Source of the DNA: an uncultured Verrucomicrobiota bacterium
GTDB taxonomy: Bacteria > Verrucomicrobiota > Kiritimatiellia > PWTM01
Assembly: GCA_964402695.1 (NCBI GenBank)
Contig: CAYODK010000003.1
Location: forward strand, 22,697 to 86,696
Length of the DNA: 64,000 bases
Reading direction: 5' to 3'
In this document: piece after piece, positions 46,632-56,095 of the stretch
Layout: every line of letters starts with the position of its first letter
Numbering within the stretch: position 1 is the first letter of the stretch
Notes under the pieces: model-generated
The model's input: the letters and a program-made list of their open reading frames with translations, nothing else
What the model was told of the DNA's origin: nothing
The model's database searches: none
Position numbers and translations under genes: made by a program

Positions 46632-48058
46632 AGCCCGCGCCCACCGCGCCGCGCCTCGTCTGCCTGGGGCTGCTGCTTGCCGTTTCGCCCGCATCCAGTC
46701 AGGAAGGCCGGCCGGCGGCGGGCGGCAGGCCCAATGTCCTCTTCATCATCGCCGACGACCTCAACCGCAGCCTGCCGTGCTACGGCCATTCCATCGTCAA
46801 GACGCCGAACGTGGACCGGCTGGCGGCGCGGGCGGTCCGCTTCGACCGCGCCTACTGCCAGTATCCGGTGTGCAGCCCGTCGCGCGTTTCGTTCCTGAGC
46901 GGGCGGCGGCCGGAACAGACGCGGATGTTCGGCAACGAGGACGCCTCGCGCACGCCGTCGCTGAAGGACGCCGTGTTCCTGCCGGAGTTCTTCCGGCAGC
47001 AGGGCTACTTCACCGCGCGCGTCGGCAAGGTCTTTCACATCGGCCGCGACGTGCCGGAGTGCTGGGACGTGACCGAGGAAGGCACGCCGGACGGCAAGGT
47101 CATCTACCAGCCCCAGGAGCCGGACAAGCTCGGCCTGCGGGAGAGCATCGCGCAGGAGGGCGAACTCGACGGCGACACGGGCGAAGGCGGGCACTGGTAC
47201 CGGCTCGCGCCCGTCGAGGAGAAGCTGATCGACCCGAGCACCGCGCGTCGCGTTTCGGCACTGATCGAACAGGGCGCGACGGGCGGCCGGCCGTTCTTCG
47301 TCGCGTGCGGTTTCCGCCGTCCGCATCTCCCGTGGATGGCGCCGGAGGAGTTCTTCGCGCCCTACCCGCCGGAGACCCTGCCGCTGCCGGCCCGGGGCGA
47401 GGTGCCGCGCCCCGTCGGCCCGGTGCAAGGCAAGGCGCCCGCCGCGTCGGACGACTCGCGGCGCGCCGCCCTGCGCGCCTACTTTGCCTGCATCAGCTTC
47501 ATGGACCGGCAGCTCGGCCGCGTGCTCGACACGATGGACCGGCTCAAGCTCTGGGACAACACGGTCGTGCTGCTGCTCGGCGACAACGGCTACCACCTCG
47601 GCACGCGCGGCGGCTACTGGGGCAAGGGCACGCCCTACGAGGAAAGCTGCGGCGTGCCGCTGCTGATCGCCGCTCCCGGCAGGGCCAAGGCGGTCGGTTG
47701 CCCGCGCGTGGTGGAATACGTGGACTTCTACCCGACGCTCGTCGACCTCTGCGGCCTGCCCGCGCAGCGCGACCTGGCCGGCCGCAGCCTGCGCCCGCTG
47801 CTCGACGATCCCGCCGCGCCGTGGGGCCACGCCGCATTCAGCATCAACGCCCGGAACAACCAGCCGTGGAATCTCGCCGTCAGCACCGAGCGGTTCCGGT
47901 ACATCGAATACGCGGATGAGAAGAAGCCGTGCGAACTCTACGACATCCAAACCGACCCGCGCGAGTGGACGAATCTCGCCGCCGCACCGGAGCACGCCGC
48001 GACGCTGGATGCTCTGCGGAAGCTGGCGGCGGAGCACCGACAGAGATTCTGGAGGTAG
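46628..48058 (+). CDS. sulfatase
   Basis: GTG start overlapping the previous stop. PNVLFIIADDLN. CQYPVCSPSRVSFLSGRRP. Confidence 0.9.
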   Translation: MKPAPTAPRLVCLGLLLAVSPASSQEGRPAAGGRPNVLFIIADDLNRSLPCYGHSIVKTPNVDRLAARAVRFDRAYCQYPVCSPSRVSFLSGRRPEQTRMFGNEDASRTPSLKDAVFLPEFFRQQGYFTARVGKVFHIGRDVPECWDVTEEGTPDGKVIYQPQEPDKLGLRESIAQEGELDGDTGEGGHWYRLAPVEEKLIDPSTARRVSALIEQGATGGRPFFVACGFRRPHLPWMAPEEFFAPYPPETLPLPARGEVPRPVGPVQGKAPAASDDSRRAALRAYFACISFMDRQLGRVLDTMDRLKLWDNTVVLLLGDNGYHLGTRGGYWGKGTPYEESCGVPLLIAAPGRAKAVGCPRVVEYVDFYPTLVDLCGLPAQRDLAGRSLRPLLDDPAAPWGHAAFSINARNNQPWNLAVSTERFRYIEYADEKKPCELYDIQTDPREWTNLAAAPEHAATLDALRKLAAEHRQRFWR

Positions 48059-48061
48059 GTC

Positions 48062-49339
48062 ATGAAGCGCACGCTTGAAGTGCTGGCCGTCGTCCTCGCC
48101 CTGGCGGCCCCGGCGGTGGAGGGCGCGCCGCGCTGGGAGATCCGGGCGGCGGGAGGCGGCTGGCAATTGCTCCGCGACGGCCGGCCGTTCCACATCGAGG
48201 GCGCCGTCGCGCCGAACCGGTTCGACGTGCTGGCCGCGTGCGGCGGCAACGCGGTGCGCGTCAATGCCAGCCGCAAGGCGCTCGACGCGGCGCAGGGAGC
48301 CGGTCTCGCCGTCATGGCCAACCTTCCCGTCCGCGGCGAGCGCAACCAGCTCGACTGGGACAACGCCGGGCAGGTCGCCGAACAGAAGGAGAAGGTCCTC
48401 GCGGTGGTGCGCGAGTTGAAGGACCACCCGGCGCTGATGTTCTGGTCGATCGGGAACGAGCTCGACCACATCCCCGGCAACCGGCGCTACAACCCCGCCA
48501 TCTGGGCGCGCCTGAACGACCTCGCCGTCGCCATCAAGCAACTCGACCCGCATCATCCGGTGATGACCGTCGTCGGCACCGGTCACTTTGAGACGAAGGT
48601 TCAGGAGATCGCCGCCGGCTGCAAGGACATGGACCTTCTCGGCATCAACGCCTACGGCGACATCGCGCGGGCGTGCGAGCTGGCCCGCGCGCATTGGCCG
48701 AAGGCGTACGCCGTCACGGAATGGGGGCCGACCGGTCACTGGGAGGTTCCGAAGACGGCCTGGCGCGCGCCGATCGAGCAGACCAGCAGCGAGAAGGCGA
48801 AGGTCATCGAGGAGCGGTATCGCAACGTCATCCTCGCCGACCGGACGCGCTGCCTTGGCTCGTTCGTCTTCTACTGGAGCGAGAAGCAGGAGACGACGCA
48901 CACGTGGTACGGCCTCTTCTGCGACGGCCTGCGCACCGAGTCGATCGATGTGATGCAGCATCTCTGGACCGGGGCGTGGCCGTCCAATCGCGCGCCGGCG
49001 ATCGCAGGGCCGGCCATCGAGGGCGTTGCCGACCCACGGGCCGTCGTGCTGAAGGCCGGAGCGGCGCACCGCGCCTCGGTCCGGGTGACGGATCCGGACG
49101 GCGATCCGCTTGCGTACACCTGGGACATCCGTCCGGAGGTCGTGATCCCGCCCGGCTCCTACGCGGGGGGACTTGAGAAGCGCGCCGAGCCGGTCCCCGG
49201 CCTCGTCCGCGAGCCCGCCGCGGCGGCGACCGGATTCTCCGCGCCGCTCGCGCCCGGGGCCTACCGCCTCTTCGTCGCGGTCGCCGACGGCCGCGGCCAC
49301 ATCGCATACGGCAACGTGCCGTTCCGGGTGGAGGAGTAG
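48062..49339 (+). CDS. clan GH-A glycoside hydrolase
   Basis: Signal MKRTLEVLAVVLALAAPAVEGA. WSIGNEL and AVTEWG motifs. Confidence 0.65.
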   Translation: MKRTLEVLAVVLALAAPAVEGAPRWEIRAAGGGWQLLRDGRPFHIEGAVAPNRFDVLAACGGNAVRVNASRKALDAAQGAGLAVMANLPVRGERNQLDWDNAGQVAEQKEKVLAVVRELKDHPALMFWSIGNELDHIPGNRRYNPAIWARLNDLAVAIKQLDPHHPVMTVVGTGHFETKVQEIAAGCKDMDLLGINAYGDIARACELARAHWPKAYAVTEWGPTGHWEVPKTAWRAPIEQTSSEKAKVIEERYRNVILADRTRCLGSFVFYWSEKQETTHTWYGLFCDGLRTESIDVMQHLWTGAWPSNRAPAIAGPAIEGVADPRAVVLKAGAAHRASVRVTDPDGDPLAYTWDIRPEVVIPPGSYAGGLEKRAEPVPGLVREPAAAATGFSAPLAPGAYRLFVAVADGRGHIAYGNVPFRVEE

Positions 49340-49342
49340 GCC

Positions 49343-49485
49343 ATGATGCACCGCGGGCTGACGTTCGGGCTCCTGCTGGGCTGCGCCGCGGCCGCGGCCG
49401 GAGGGCCGACGCAGGAGACCCTCCGCGCCTTCTATTTCGGCAACAGCCTGACTGACCGCGCGGCGGGGACAGAGATGATCGGATT
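49343..49485 (+). pseudogene. N-terminal remnant of an SGNH-like lipoprotein, truncated where a dispersed repeat begins
   Basis: MMHRGLTFGLLLGCAAAAAGGPTQETLRAFYFGNSLTDRAAG (lipobox LLGC; FYFGNSLTD, compare VYHIGNSHTD of the 38698 gene). The downstream frame dissolves into repeat-derived sequence. Confidence 0.3.
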
Positions 49486-49560
49486 CGTAGACACGGCACC
49501 CCCGCCGCGTTTCCCGGGAGGGGCAGCGGCCCCGCTGCCCGAGCGCGGGATCCCCGTCCC
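49462..49560. repeat. Dispersed repeat, copy A (upstream flank of the ATPase gene)
   Basis: ggggacagagatgatcggattcgtagacacggcacccccgccgcgtttcccgggaggggcagcggccccgctgcccgagcgcgggatccccg, ~85% identical to 50983..51085. A second shared segment gtttccgagaggcgcc..gccttctcc lies at ~49700 and ~51140. Confidence 0.7.
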
Positions 49561-49650
49561 GCCGTTTCCTCCGCACGAACCCCTGATCCGGCCGTCGGGC
49601 TTGTCGCGCCGGAGCGTAAGCGAAGGCGGAGCCGGCGGCCCTCCCGACCC

Positions 49651-50922
49651 TCACCCTCCTCTCGCGGGGGCGGCGTCCCAGGGGATCACGATGTCGGTTT
49701 CCGAGAGGCGCCACGCCTTCTCCACGGGTGCGACCACCAGCCCGGGAGCGATCGAAAGGCCCGGGTAGGTGGCGCGAAAGGCGCCGATCCCGCGGGCGTC
49801 GTTGCGCGACAGTCGCGTGGAGGCCTTGATCTCGACGGGGTGATATCGCCCGTCCCGTTCCAGGATCAGATCGACTTCCGCGCCGCCATGCGACCGCCAG
49901 TGATACAAGGCGGGCGGCGCGGACATGCGGCTGCACAGGCGTCGAACCTCGCCCGCAGCCGCGGTTTCGACCAGCGCGCCCAGCGCCGGGTGGGACGCGA
50001 TCGCCGATGGGCTGGAGATCGCCAGCGCCATGCAGGCGATGCCGGTATCGGCGATGTACCCCTTGGCCTTGCCCGACACGCGCTTGACGGTGTTGCCCGA
50101 GAAGGCCGGCGTCTCGAACCACTGAAACGAGGACTTCAGAATCGCCAGCCAGTGGGCGGCCGTCTTCGGATTGATCCCGATGTCACGCCCCAGATGGGCG
50201 AAGTTGATCTCCTGCGCGGTCAGCGCAGCGGCGAGCCTCAGGAACCGGCCGAACAGCTGGCCGTCGGACACATCCGCCATCAGACGAACATCCCGCTCGA
50301 TGTAGGTCCGCTGGTAGCCCTCGTGGAACGAGCGCACCCCGTCCAGGGGCAGCCGCCGCGCCTCCGGCAACGCGCCCCGGTACAGGTACTCGTAGGGACC
50401 GACGGGAAGCCCGCGCGATATCCACGCCAGGGCCGTTTCGGGCTCCGGTGCCCGGAGCCAGTCCTCGATCCAGGACATCGACGGAGAGGCCGCGCCGCAC
50501 CACTCCGCCATTTCGAACCCATGCAGATCGAGGAACACCGCGCGGCCGGCCAGGCTTTCCGACAGGCTGCGCATTACGGCCCATTGCTGGCTTCCAGTCA
50601 GAAGAAACCGGCCCGGACGACGGTCGCGATCCACCGCGCGCTTGACCGCAGCCGCGAGTTCCGGGGCGTACTGGATTTCGTCGAGCACCAACGGCTCGCG
50701 GTGGTTCTTCAGGAAGAGATCCGGATCCCGGCGGGCACCCTCCACATCGTACGAAGGATCGAACGTCACGTAGTCCGCATCCGGAAGGATGTGACGAAGC
50801 AGTGTCGACTTTCCCACCTGCCTTGCGCCCGTCACCACCACCACCGGAAAGAGACTGAATAGCCTCGTCAGCCGTTCCGTGACCTGACGATACGTATAGT
50901 TATCTTGATTTGCGGTATCCAT
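49651..50922 (-). CDS. AAA-family ATPase with DUF4143-like domain (paralog of 32362..33591)
   Basis: Start at Met20 of track ORF 49651..50979: MDTANQDNYTYRQVTERL...VVVVTGARQVGKSTLL Walker A. Somewhat lower GC than its neighbours. Its C-terminal codons overlap repeat segment 2. Confidence 0.75.
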   Translation of the reverse strand: MDTANQDNYTYRQVTERLTRLFSLFPVVVVTGARQVGKSTLLRHILPDADYVTFDPSYDVEGARRDPDLFLKNHREPLVLDEIQYAPELAAAVKRAVDRDRRPGRFLLTGSQQWAVMRSLSESLAGRAVFLDLHGFEMAEWCGAASPSMSWIEDWLRAPEPETALAWISRGLPVGPYEYLYRGALPEARRLPLDGVRSFHEGYQRTYIERDVRLMADVSDGQLFGRFLRLAAALTAQEINFAHLGRDIGINPKTAAHWLAILKSSFQWFETPAFSGNTVKRVSGKAKGYIADTGIACMALAISSPSAIASHPALGALVETAAAGEVRRLCSRMSAPPALYHWRSHGGAEVDLILERDGRYHPVEIKASTRLSRNDARGIGAFRATYPGLSIAPGLVVAPVEKAWRLSETDIVIPWDAAPARGG

Positions 50923-50982
50923 AGGACTGATATTCAAGAAAAGTATGCCTACATCTGAACAAGAGCAAGCCTGATCCACGGT

Positions 50983-51180
50983 CGTTCGGGGACAGCGATG
51001 CGCGCAGTCGTAGACGCGGCGCCCCCGCCGCGTTGCCCGTGCCCGGGAGGGGCAGCGGCCCCGCTGCCCGAACGCGGGATCCCCGCAGCCATGCAGGCTC
51101 CGCGATGCGTCCGCAGGATCGGGTCAACGAAGCGCAGATGCGCCCGTTTCCGAGAGGCGCCGGGCCTTCTCCGCGCGCGG
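50983..51180. repeat. Dispersed repeat, copy B (other flank of the ATPase gene); its right part (gccatgcaggctc..gcga.gcg) also occurs at ~28650-28720
   Basis: Read directly. Confidence 0.7.
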
Positions 51181-51245
51181 GTTTCGTGCTACACGGAGTG
51201 TGGCGGGCCGACGGACCGGGCGCGCCGGACCCGCGGGAGGACCGG

Positions 51246-52733
51246 ATGAGAACGACGATCGTCGTGATGGCGCTTCGGTTCCTGGTCGGCTGGCACTTCC
51301 TCTACGAGGGGCTGGCCAAGATCGTGCAGCCCGGCGGCTGGTCCGCGGCCGGCTACCTGCGGATGAGCCAGTGGTTCGCCGCCCCCCTGTTTCATCACAT
51401 CGCCGACACGCCGGCGCTGCTGCGCGCGTGCGATCTGCTGAACATGGGAGGGCTGACGCTGATCGGACTCGCGCTGATCCTTGGCGTGTTGGTCCGCCCG
51501 GCGGCGCTCTGCGGCATCGCGATGCTGGCCTTCTACTACATCGCGCAGCCACCGTTCCTTGCGTGGTCGGCCGAGGGGCATTTCCTCTGGATCGACCGCA
51601 ACGTCGTCGAGGCGGCTGCGCTGGCGGTGATCGCGCTGCTGCCGTCGGCCGATCTCGGCCCGTGGATCGCCGCGAGGCTGCGCGCCCGCCGCGGGTCGGC
51701 GGAGGGCGCCGCAACGGTCGCCCAGCCGCCGGCCTCGCAGACCCGGCGCGATCTTCTGCTGCGCCTCGGCTCGCTGCCGGTGCTCGGCGCGTTCGGGTTC
51801 GCGTTCCTGCGCAAGCACGGGCCCGTCTGGGAACGCGAGAACCTGAGGGACCGCGTGGATGTCGTGACGACCGCCACAGTGAAGGCGTTCGACTTCGCCG
51901 ACATCAAGGATCTCAAGAAGCCGATCGACAAGTTCGGGAAGATCGGCAACCTGAAACTCAGCCGGATGTTTCTCGGTGGAAACCTGATCGGCGGCTGGGC
52001 GCATGCGCGCGACCTGCTCTACGCCGACAAGCTCGTGAAGGCCTATTTCACCGACGACCGCGTCTTCCGGACCTTCCGCATGGCCGAGGCGTGCGGCATG
52101 AACGCGATCCTCACCAACCCGGCGCTGATGCGGGTCATCAACGATTACTGGAAGAAGGAAGGCGGGAAGATCCAATTCATCTCCGACTGCGGCCACAAGG
52201 ACGGCCTGATCCGCGGCGCGGAGCTGTCGGTCGAGCACGGCGCCAGCGCGGTCTACACCCACGGCGGCCGGTCGGACCAGCTCGCGGCCGGCGGCGCGTT
52301 CGGCGAGATTGCCAAGGCGCTCGACGCGATGCGCAGGCTCGGGGTGCCGGCGGGAATCGGCGCGCACCGGCTCGAGACGGTCAAGGGCTGTGTCGAACAC
52401 GGCATCATCCCCGACTTCTGGATGAAGACGCTGCACCACACGAAATACTGGTCCGCCCATCCCGAGGCCGGCTACTACTCCCACGACAACGTCTGGTGCC
52501 TGGACGCCGACGACGTCGTCACCTACATGGAGCAACTCGAACAGCCGTGGATCGCCTTCAAGATCCTCGCCGCCGGCGCGATCCAGCCGCACGAGGCCTT
52601 CCCCTACGCCTTCCGGAGTGGCGCCGACTTCATCTGCGTCGGGATGTACGACTTCCAGCTCGTCGAGGATGTCAACCTCGTGAACACCATCCTCGACGCC
52701 CCCATCGAACGCCGCCGCCCCTGGTGTGCATGA
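51246..52733 (+). CDS. DoxX-family membrane domain fused to ~330-aa uncharacterised soluble domain
   Basis: MRTTIVVMALRFLVGWHFLYEGLAKI DoxX-like N-terminus with 4 TM segments. The C-terminal domain is not recognised. Confidence 0.6.
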   Translation: MRTTIVVMALRFLVGWHFLYEGLAKIVQPGGWSAAGYLRMSQWFAAPLFHHIADTPALLRACDLLNMGGLTLIGLALILGVLVRPAALCGIAMLAFYYIAQPPFLAWSAEGHFLWIDRNVVEAAALAVIALLPSADLGPWIAARLRARRGSAEGAATVAQPPASQTRRDLLLRLGSLPVLGAFGFAFLRKHGPVWERENLRDRVDVVTTATVKAFDFADIKDLKKPIDKFGKIGNLKLSRMFLGGNLIGGWAHARDLLYADKLVKAYFTDDRVFRTFRMAEACGMNAILTNPALMRVINDYWKKEGGKIQFISDCGHKDGLIRGAELSVEHGASAVYTHGGRSDQLAAGGAFGEIAKALDAMRRLGVPAGIGAHRLETVKGCVEHGIIPDFWMKTLHHTKYWSAHPEAGYYSHDNVWCLDADDVVTYMEQLEQPWIAFKILAAGAIQPHEAFPYAFRSGADFICVGMYDFQLVEDVNLVNTILDAPIERRRPWCA

Positions 52734-52773
52734 CGCCCTTGATTTGTGATGACCGGTCATATAGACTGGTCAT

Positions 52774-53007
52774 ATGAAGACGATGAGCGCGTCGCAGTTC
52801 AAGGCGGAGTGTCTCCACATTCTGGATGTGGTTAGCCAGACGGGGGATCCGATCACAATTCTGAAGCGTGGAAAGCCGGTGGCTCAGGTGGTTCGGGCTC
52901 CGCAGGGCACGCAGAAGCCGTGGCTTGCCCTGGCCGGGAGCGGTCGCTTCGAGGGCGATCCCCTTGCGCCGGCGATCGGCGAGGACGAGATCGAGGCGCT
53001 CCGGTGA
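52774..53007 (+). CDS. Phd/YefM family antitoxin
   Basis: 77 aa. MKTMSASQFKAECLHILDVVSQTGDPITILKRGKPVAQVV. Confidence 0.8.
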   Translation: MKTMSASQFKAECLHILDVVSQTGDPITILKRGKPVAQVVRAPQGTQKPWLALAGSGRFEGDPLAPAIGEDEIEALR

Positions 53008-53408
53008 AGCGACCTCTGCTGGATACGCACATCTGGATCTGGTGGATGATCCGGTCCGAAGAGCTTCCAACGGAGAGCGCGAGTCGTCTCGACGCGATGC
53101 CGACCGACCGACGCCCCCTCGTGTCCGCGATCAGCCTCTGGGAAGTCGCGACACTGGTGGAACGGGGACGCCTCAAACTGGATCGGGACCTCCGCGCCTG
53201 GCTTCGGATCGCCGCGGCGGCGGAATGTGTCGAGCTTGTGCCGATCACACCGGACATCGCCGCAGAAACCGCCGCCCTGCCTCCGGACCTTCATCGTGAC
53301 CCGGCAGACCGGATCCTCATCGCCACGTCCCGCATCCTCGGTTGCCCGGTCTTCACCCGCGACGACCGGATCCGCCAGTCGGGGCTCGTCGACCTTTGGT
53401 CGGACTGA
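53004..53408 (+). CDS. vapC: PIN-domain toxin VapC
   Basis: GTG start overlapping the antitoxin stop. VKRPLLDTHIWIWWM...HRDPADRILIATS. Confidence 0.8.
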   Translation: MKRPLLDTHIWIWWMIRSEELPTESASRLDAMPTDRRPLVSAISLWEVATLVERGRLKLDRDLRAWLRIAAAAECVELVPITPDIAAETAALPPDLHRDPADRILIATSRILGCPVFTRDDRIRQSGLVDLWSD

Positions 53409-53497
53409 CCGGTGGCGCCCGATCCCGTCTCGCGTTGGAGGCCGCCAACGGCTAGGCTGTGCGGGCCGGCCGCGGAGCGCGCGCCGGTCCCGGAGAG

Positions 53498-56014
53498 ATG
53501 CTCGTGAAGCCGAACACCGACCCGTCCGTCACCGACGCGAACGACCGGCCCCGACGGGGTCTGGGCGCGGGGATCCTCCTGGCCTTCCTCCTGCTCGCCT
53601 CGCTGGGCATGGCGAAGGTGCTGCTGCGCCCGGACCACGTACTCGACTTCAACGACGGCAACATCGAGTCGGTCCTCTCGCCGACCTTCGCGCTGCCCGA
53701 CGCGATCCTGCGAGTCTGGGACAACCAGTTCTTCTTCGGCCAGGGCGGCAAGCTGTTCTCCCTCTCCTCGGCCAGCATCGGCGAATCGCTGATGGGGCCG
53801 CACGAGTACCGGCGCATCTTCGTGGCGCTCCTGGTCGCGCTCGCCGGGGCGGGCGTCTACTGGATGCTTCGCCAGTTCCGCATCGCCCGCGCGGCCGCCG
53901 CGCTCGCGGCCGGGGCCGTGATGCTCGGCGGCACATGCTACACGTTCTCCGTGCTGGGGCTGATGGTCCGCGCCGGGGCGCTCGGCTTTGCGGCGCTCGC
54001 GACGGGCTTCCTCGAGCGGGGCCGGCGCGACGGCGCCTGGATCCCCTATGCCCTCGGCGGCGGGTGCCTGGGCCTCGCCCTCTCCGAGGTGCCGGACATC
54101 GGTGTGTTCCTGGCGGTCGCGACGGCGGGCATCTGGCTCTGGACGCACTGGCCGGAGGCGCCGGCGAAGGCCCCGTGGGCGAAGCTGGCCGGCCGGTTCG
54201 CGCTGTACGTCGTCTGCAGCGGCCTGCTGGCGTGGCAGACGATCGGCGTGATGTTCGCGACGCAGGTGGAGGGCGTGCAACAGGGCGCCGCCGAGGATCC
54301 CGCCGAACGATACGCCTGGGCGACGCAGTGGAGCCTGCCGCCGGAAGAGACGTGGAACCTGGTCTCGGGAACCTACTTCGGCACGACGTCGCGCTCGGCG
54401 GACGCGCCGTACCGCGGCCGGATGGGCCGCAGCCCCGGCTGGGAGACGACGAAGCAGGGGTTCCGCAACTTCTCGCTGACCGGGCACCACCTCGGTGTCG
54501 TCCCGTCGATCCTGCTGCTGACCGCAATCGCCGTCGCCCTGGCGGGGCCGCGCGACCGCCGCCGGCTGGCATGGCTGGCCGTCGCCGGGGGCGGCGTCTC
54601 CCTCCTGCTCGCGATGGGCAAGTTCACACCGCTGTACCGGCTCGTCTTCTCGCTCCCCTACTTCAGCACCATCCGCAATCCCGAGAAGTGGATGGTCCCG
54701 TTCGTCCTGTTCGCCGCGCTCGGCATCGCGCTGGCGGTCGAGGCGCTTCGCAATCCGTCCGGCGAGGAGTCCCGGCGCGTGCGCCGCTGGACGCTCTGGA
54801 CCTGCGCCGGGATCGGCGGGCTCTCGCTGCTGCTGCTCGTTGCGACCTTCGCCGGGAAGTCCGGGTTCCTCGCGCAGATGCAGGCCGAAGGCTATGGCGA
54901 GCAATCCGCCGCCGCCTGGTCGGCCGCCGTCCTGGCGTGCCTGAAGACCGCCGCGATCGCAGGGGTCTTCGCGCTGGCCGTGGGTGCGATGTCCCGGCCC
55001 GTCTCCCTCTCGTTCTCCCGCCGGGCGGCCCTGCTGACGGCGGCCGCAGGGGTCCTGACCGGGCTCGATCTCCTGGCGGTCAACGGCCACTACGTCGCCG
55101 GCCGCACCTACGGCGCGGTGCTGACCCCGAACCCGCTGCGGCAGTTCATCGACGCCCATCGCGGCGACGGCCGGTTCAAGATGCTCCCGCCCACGCACCC
55201 GGCGCTGAACAACATCCGCATGAGCCACATGCAGGTGTCGGGATGCGACCTCTTCGACCCGGTCAGCGTCTCGCGCATGCCGACGGACTACGCCGCGCTG
55301 TTCGAGGCGCTGCAGCCCCTCCCGATGCGGATCTGGGAACTGGGCGGCGTGCGCTACTTCGTCACCCTGCCCGGCGGCGCGCAGCAGCTCGAGCAGGCCG
55401 ACGGCGGGCGGGGCCGCGTGAAGGAGGTCTTCGCGGCCGGCATCGCGCAGATGGACAACGCCCTCGTCCCGGTCGACGGCGCCCCGGCGGACCAGCAGGT
55501 CCTTCGAATCGCCGAGTTCTCCGGCGCCCGGCCGAAGATCGCCTTCTCCACCCGCGTGACCGCCGTTCCCGTCACGGCCGACGGCGAGAAGGCCGCGCTG
55601 GCCCGGCTCGCGGCGCCGGACTTCGACGCCGCCTGCGAGGCGGTCGCCCACGGGGAGCCCGCCCCGCCCGCCGCGCCGGCGGAGGCGAAGGTGCTGCGCA
55701 CCGCGCGTGACGAACCCGCCGACGCCGCGGTCGAGGTGGAAACCCCCGCCCCCGCCCGTCTGACCCGCACGACCAAGTTCGATCCCGACTGGAAGGTGCG
55801 GATCGACGGCGCCCCGGCCGCCCTGCTGCGCGTGAACTCCACGTTCCAGGGCGTCGTCATCCCCGCCGGCCGCCACACCGTCGACTTCGAGTACCGCCCC
55901 GACCGCAGCTCGCTTGCCGTCGCCGCCGCCGGCCGCCTCGGCTGGCTCGGCCTCTGGCTCGTCTGGCTCGTCTGGCTCGTCCGCCGTCGAGCCGAACTCA
56001 CACAGAGGCGCTGA
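53498..56014 (+). CDS. large polytopic membrane protein, YfhO/GT39(ArnT-PMT)-like putative glycosyltransferase
   Basis: ~839 aa. More than 10 predicted TM helices at the N-terminus and middle, periplasmic C-terminal region, final TM (LGWLGLWLVWLVWLV). Start at Met14 of track ORF 53459. Confidence 0.55.
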   Translation: MLVKPNTDPSVTDANDRPRRGLGAGILLAFLLLASLGMAKVLLRPDHVLDFNDGNIESVLSPTFALPDAILRVWDNQFFFGQGGKLFSLSSASIGESLMGPHEYRRIFVALLVALAGAGVYWMLRQFRIARAAAALAAGAVMLGGTCYTFSVLGLMVRAGALGFAALATGFLERGRRDGAWIPYALGGGCLGLALSEVPDIGVFLAVATAGIWLWTHWPEAPAKAPWAKLAGRFALYVVCSGLLAWQTIGVMFATQVEGVQQGAAEDPAERYAWATQWSLPPEETWNLVSGTYFGTTSRSADAPYRGRMGRSPGWETTKQGFRNFSLTGHHLGVVPSILLLTAIAVALAGPRDRRRLAWLAVAGGGVSLLLAMGKFTPLYRLVFSLPYFSTIRNPEKWMVPFVLFAALGIALAVEALRNPSGEESRRVRRWTLWTCAGIGGLSLLLLVATFAGKSGFLAQMQAEGYGEQSAAAWSAAVLACLKTAAIAGVFALAVGAMSRPVSLSFSRRAALLTAAAGVLTGLDLLAVNGHYVAGRTYGAVLTPNPLRQFIDAHRGDGRFKMLPPTHPALNNIRMSHMQVSGCDLFDPVSVSRMPTDYAALFEALQPLPMRIWELGGVRYFVTLPGGAQQLEQADGGRGRVKEVFAAGIAQMDNALVPVDGAPADQQVLRIAEFSGARPKIAFSTRVTAVPVTADGEKAALARLAAPDFDAACEAVAHGEPAPPAAPAEAKVLRTARDEPADAAVEVETPAPARLTRTTKFDPDWKVRIDGAPAALLRVNSTFQGVVIPAGRHTVDFEYRPDRSSLAVAAAGRLGWLGLWLVWLVWLVRRRAELTQRR

Positions 56015-56095
56015 GGACGCAGGGAAGCACGATCAAAGTGGTCCGGGAGGGCCGCCGGGTTGATTCCGCGCTGTGCCGCGGCTACTCTGCGCATC

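Noticed and set aside
49343-49768. 141-aa ORF as an intact gene
   Set aside because: Only the first ~48 codons look protein-like (lipobox + SGNH-like motif). The rest is translation of a dispersed repeat. Treated as a gene remnant.
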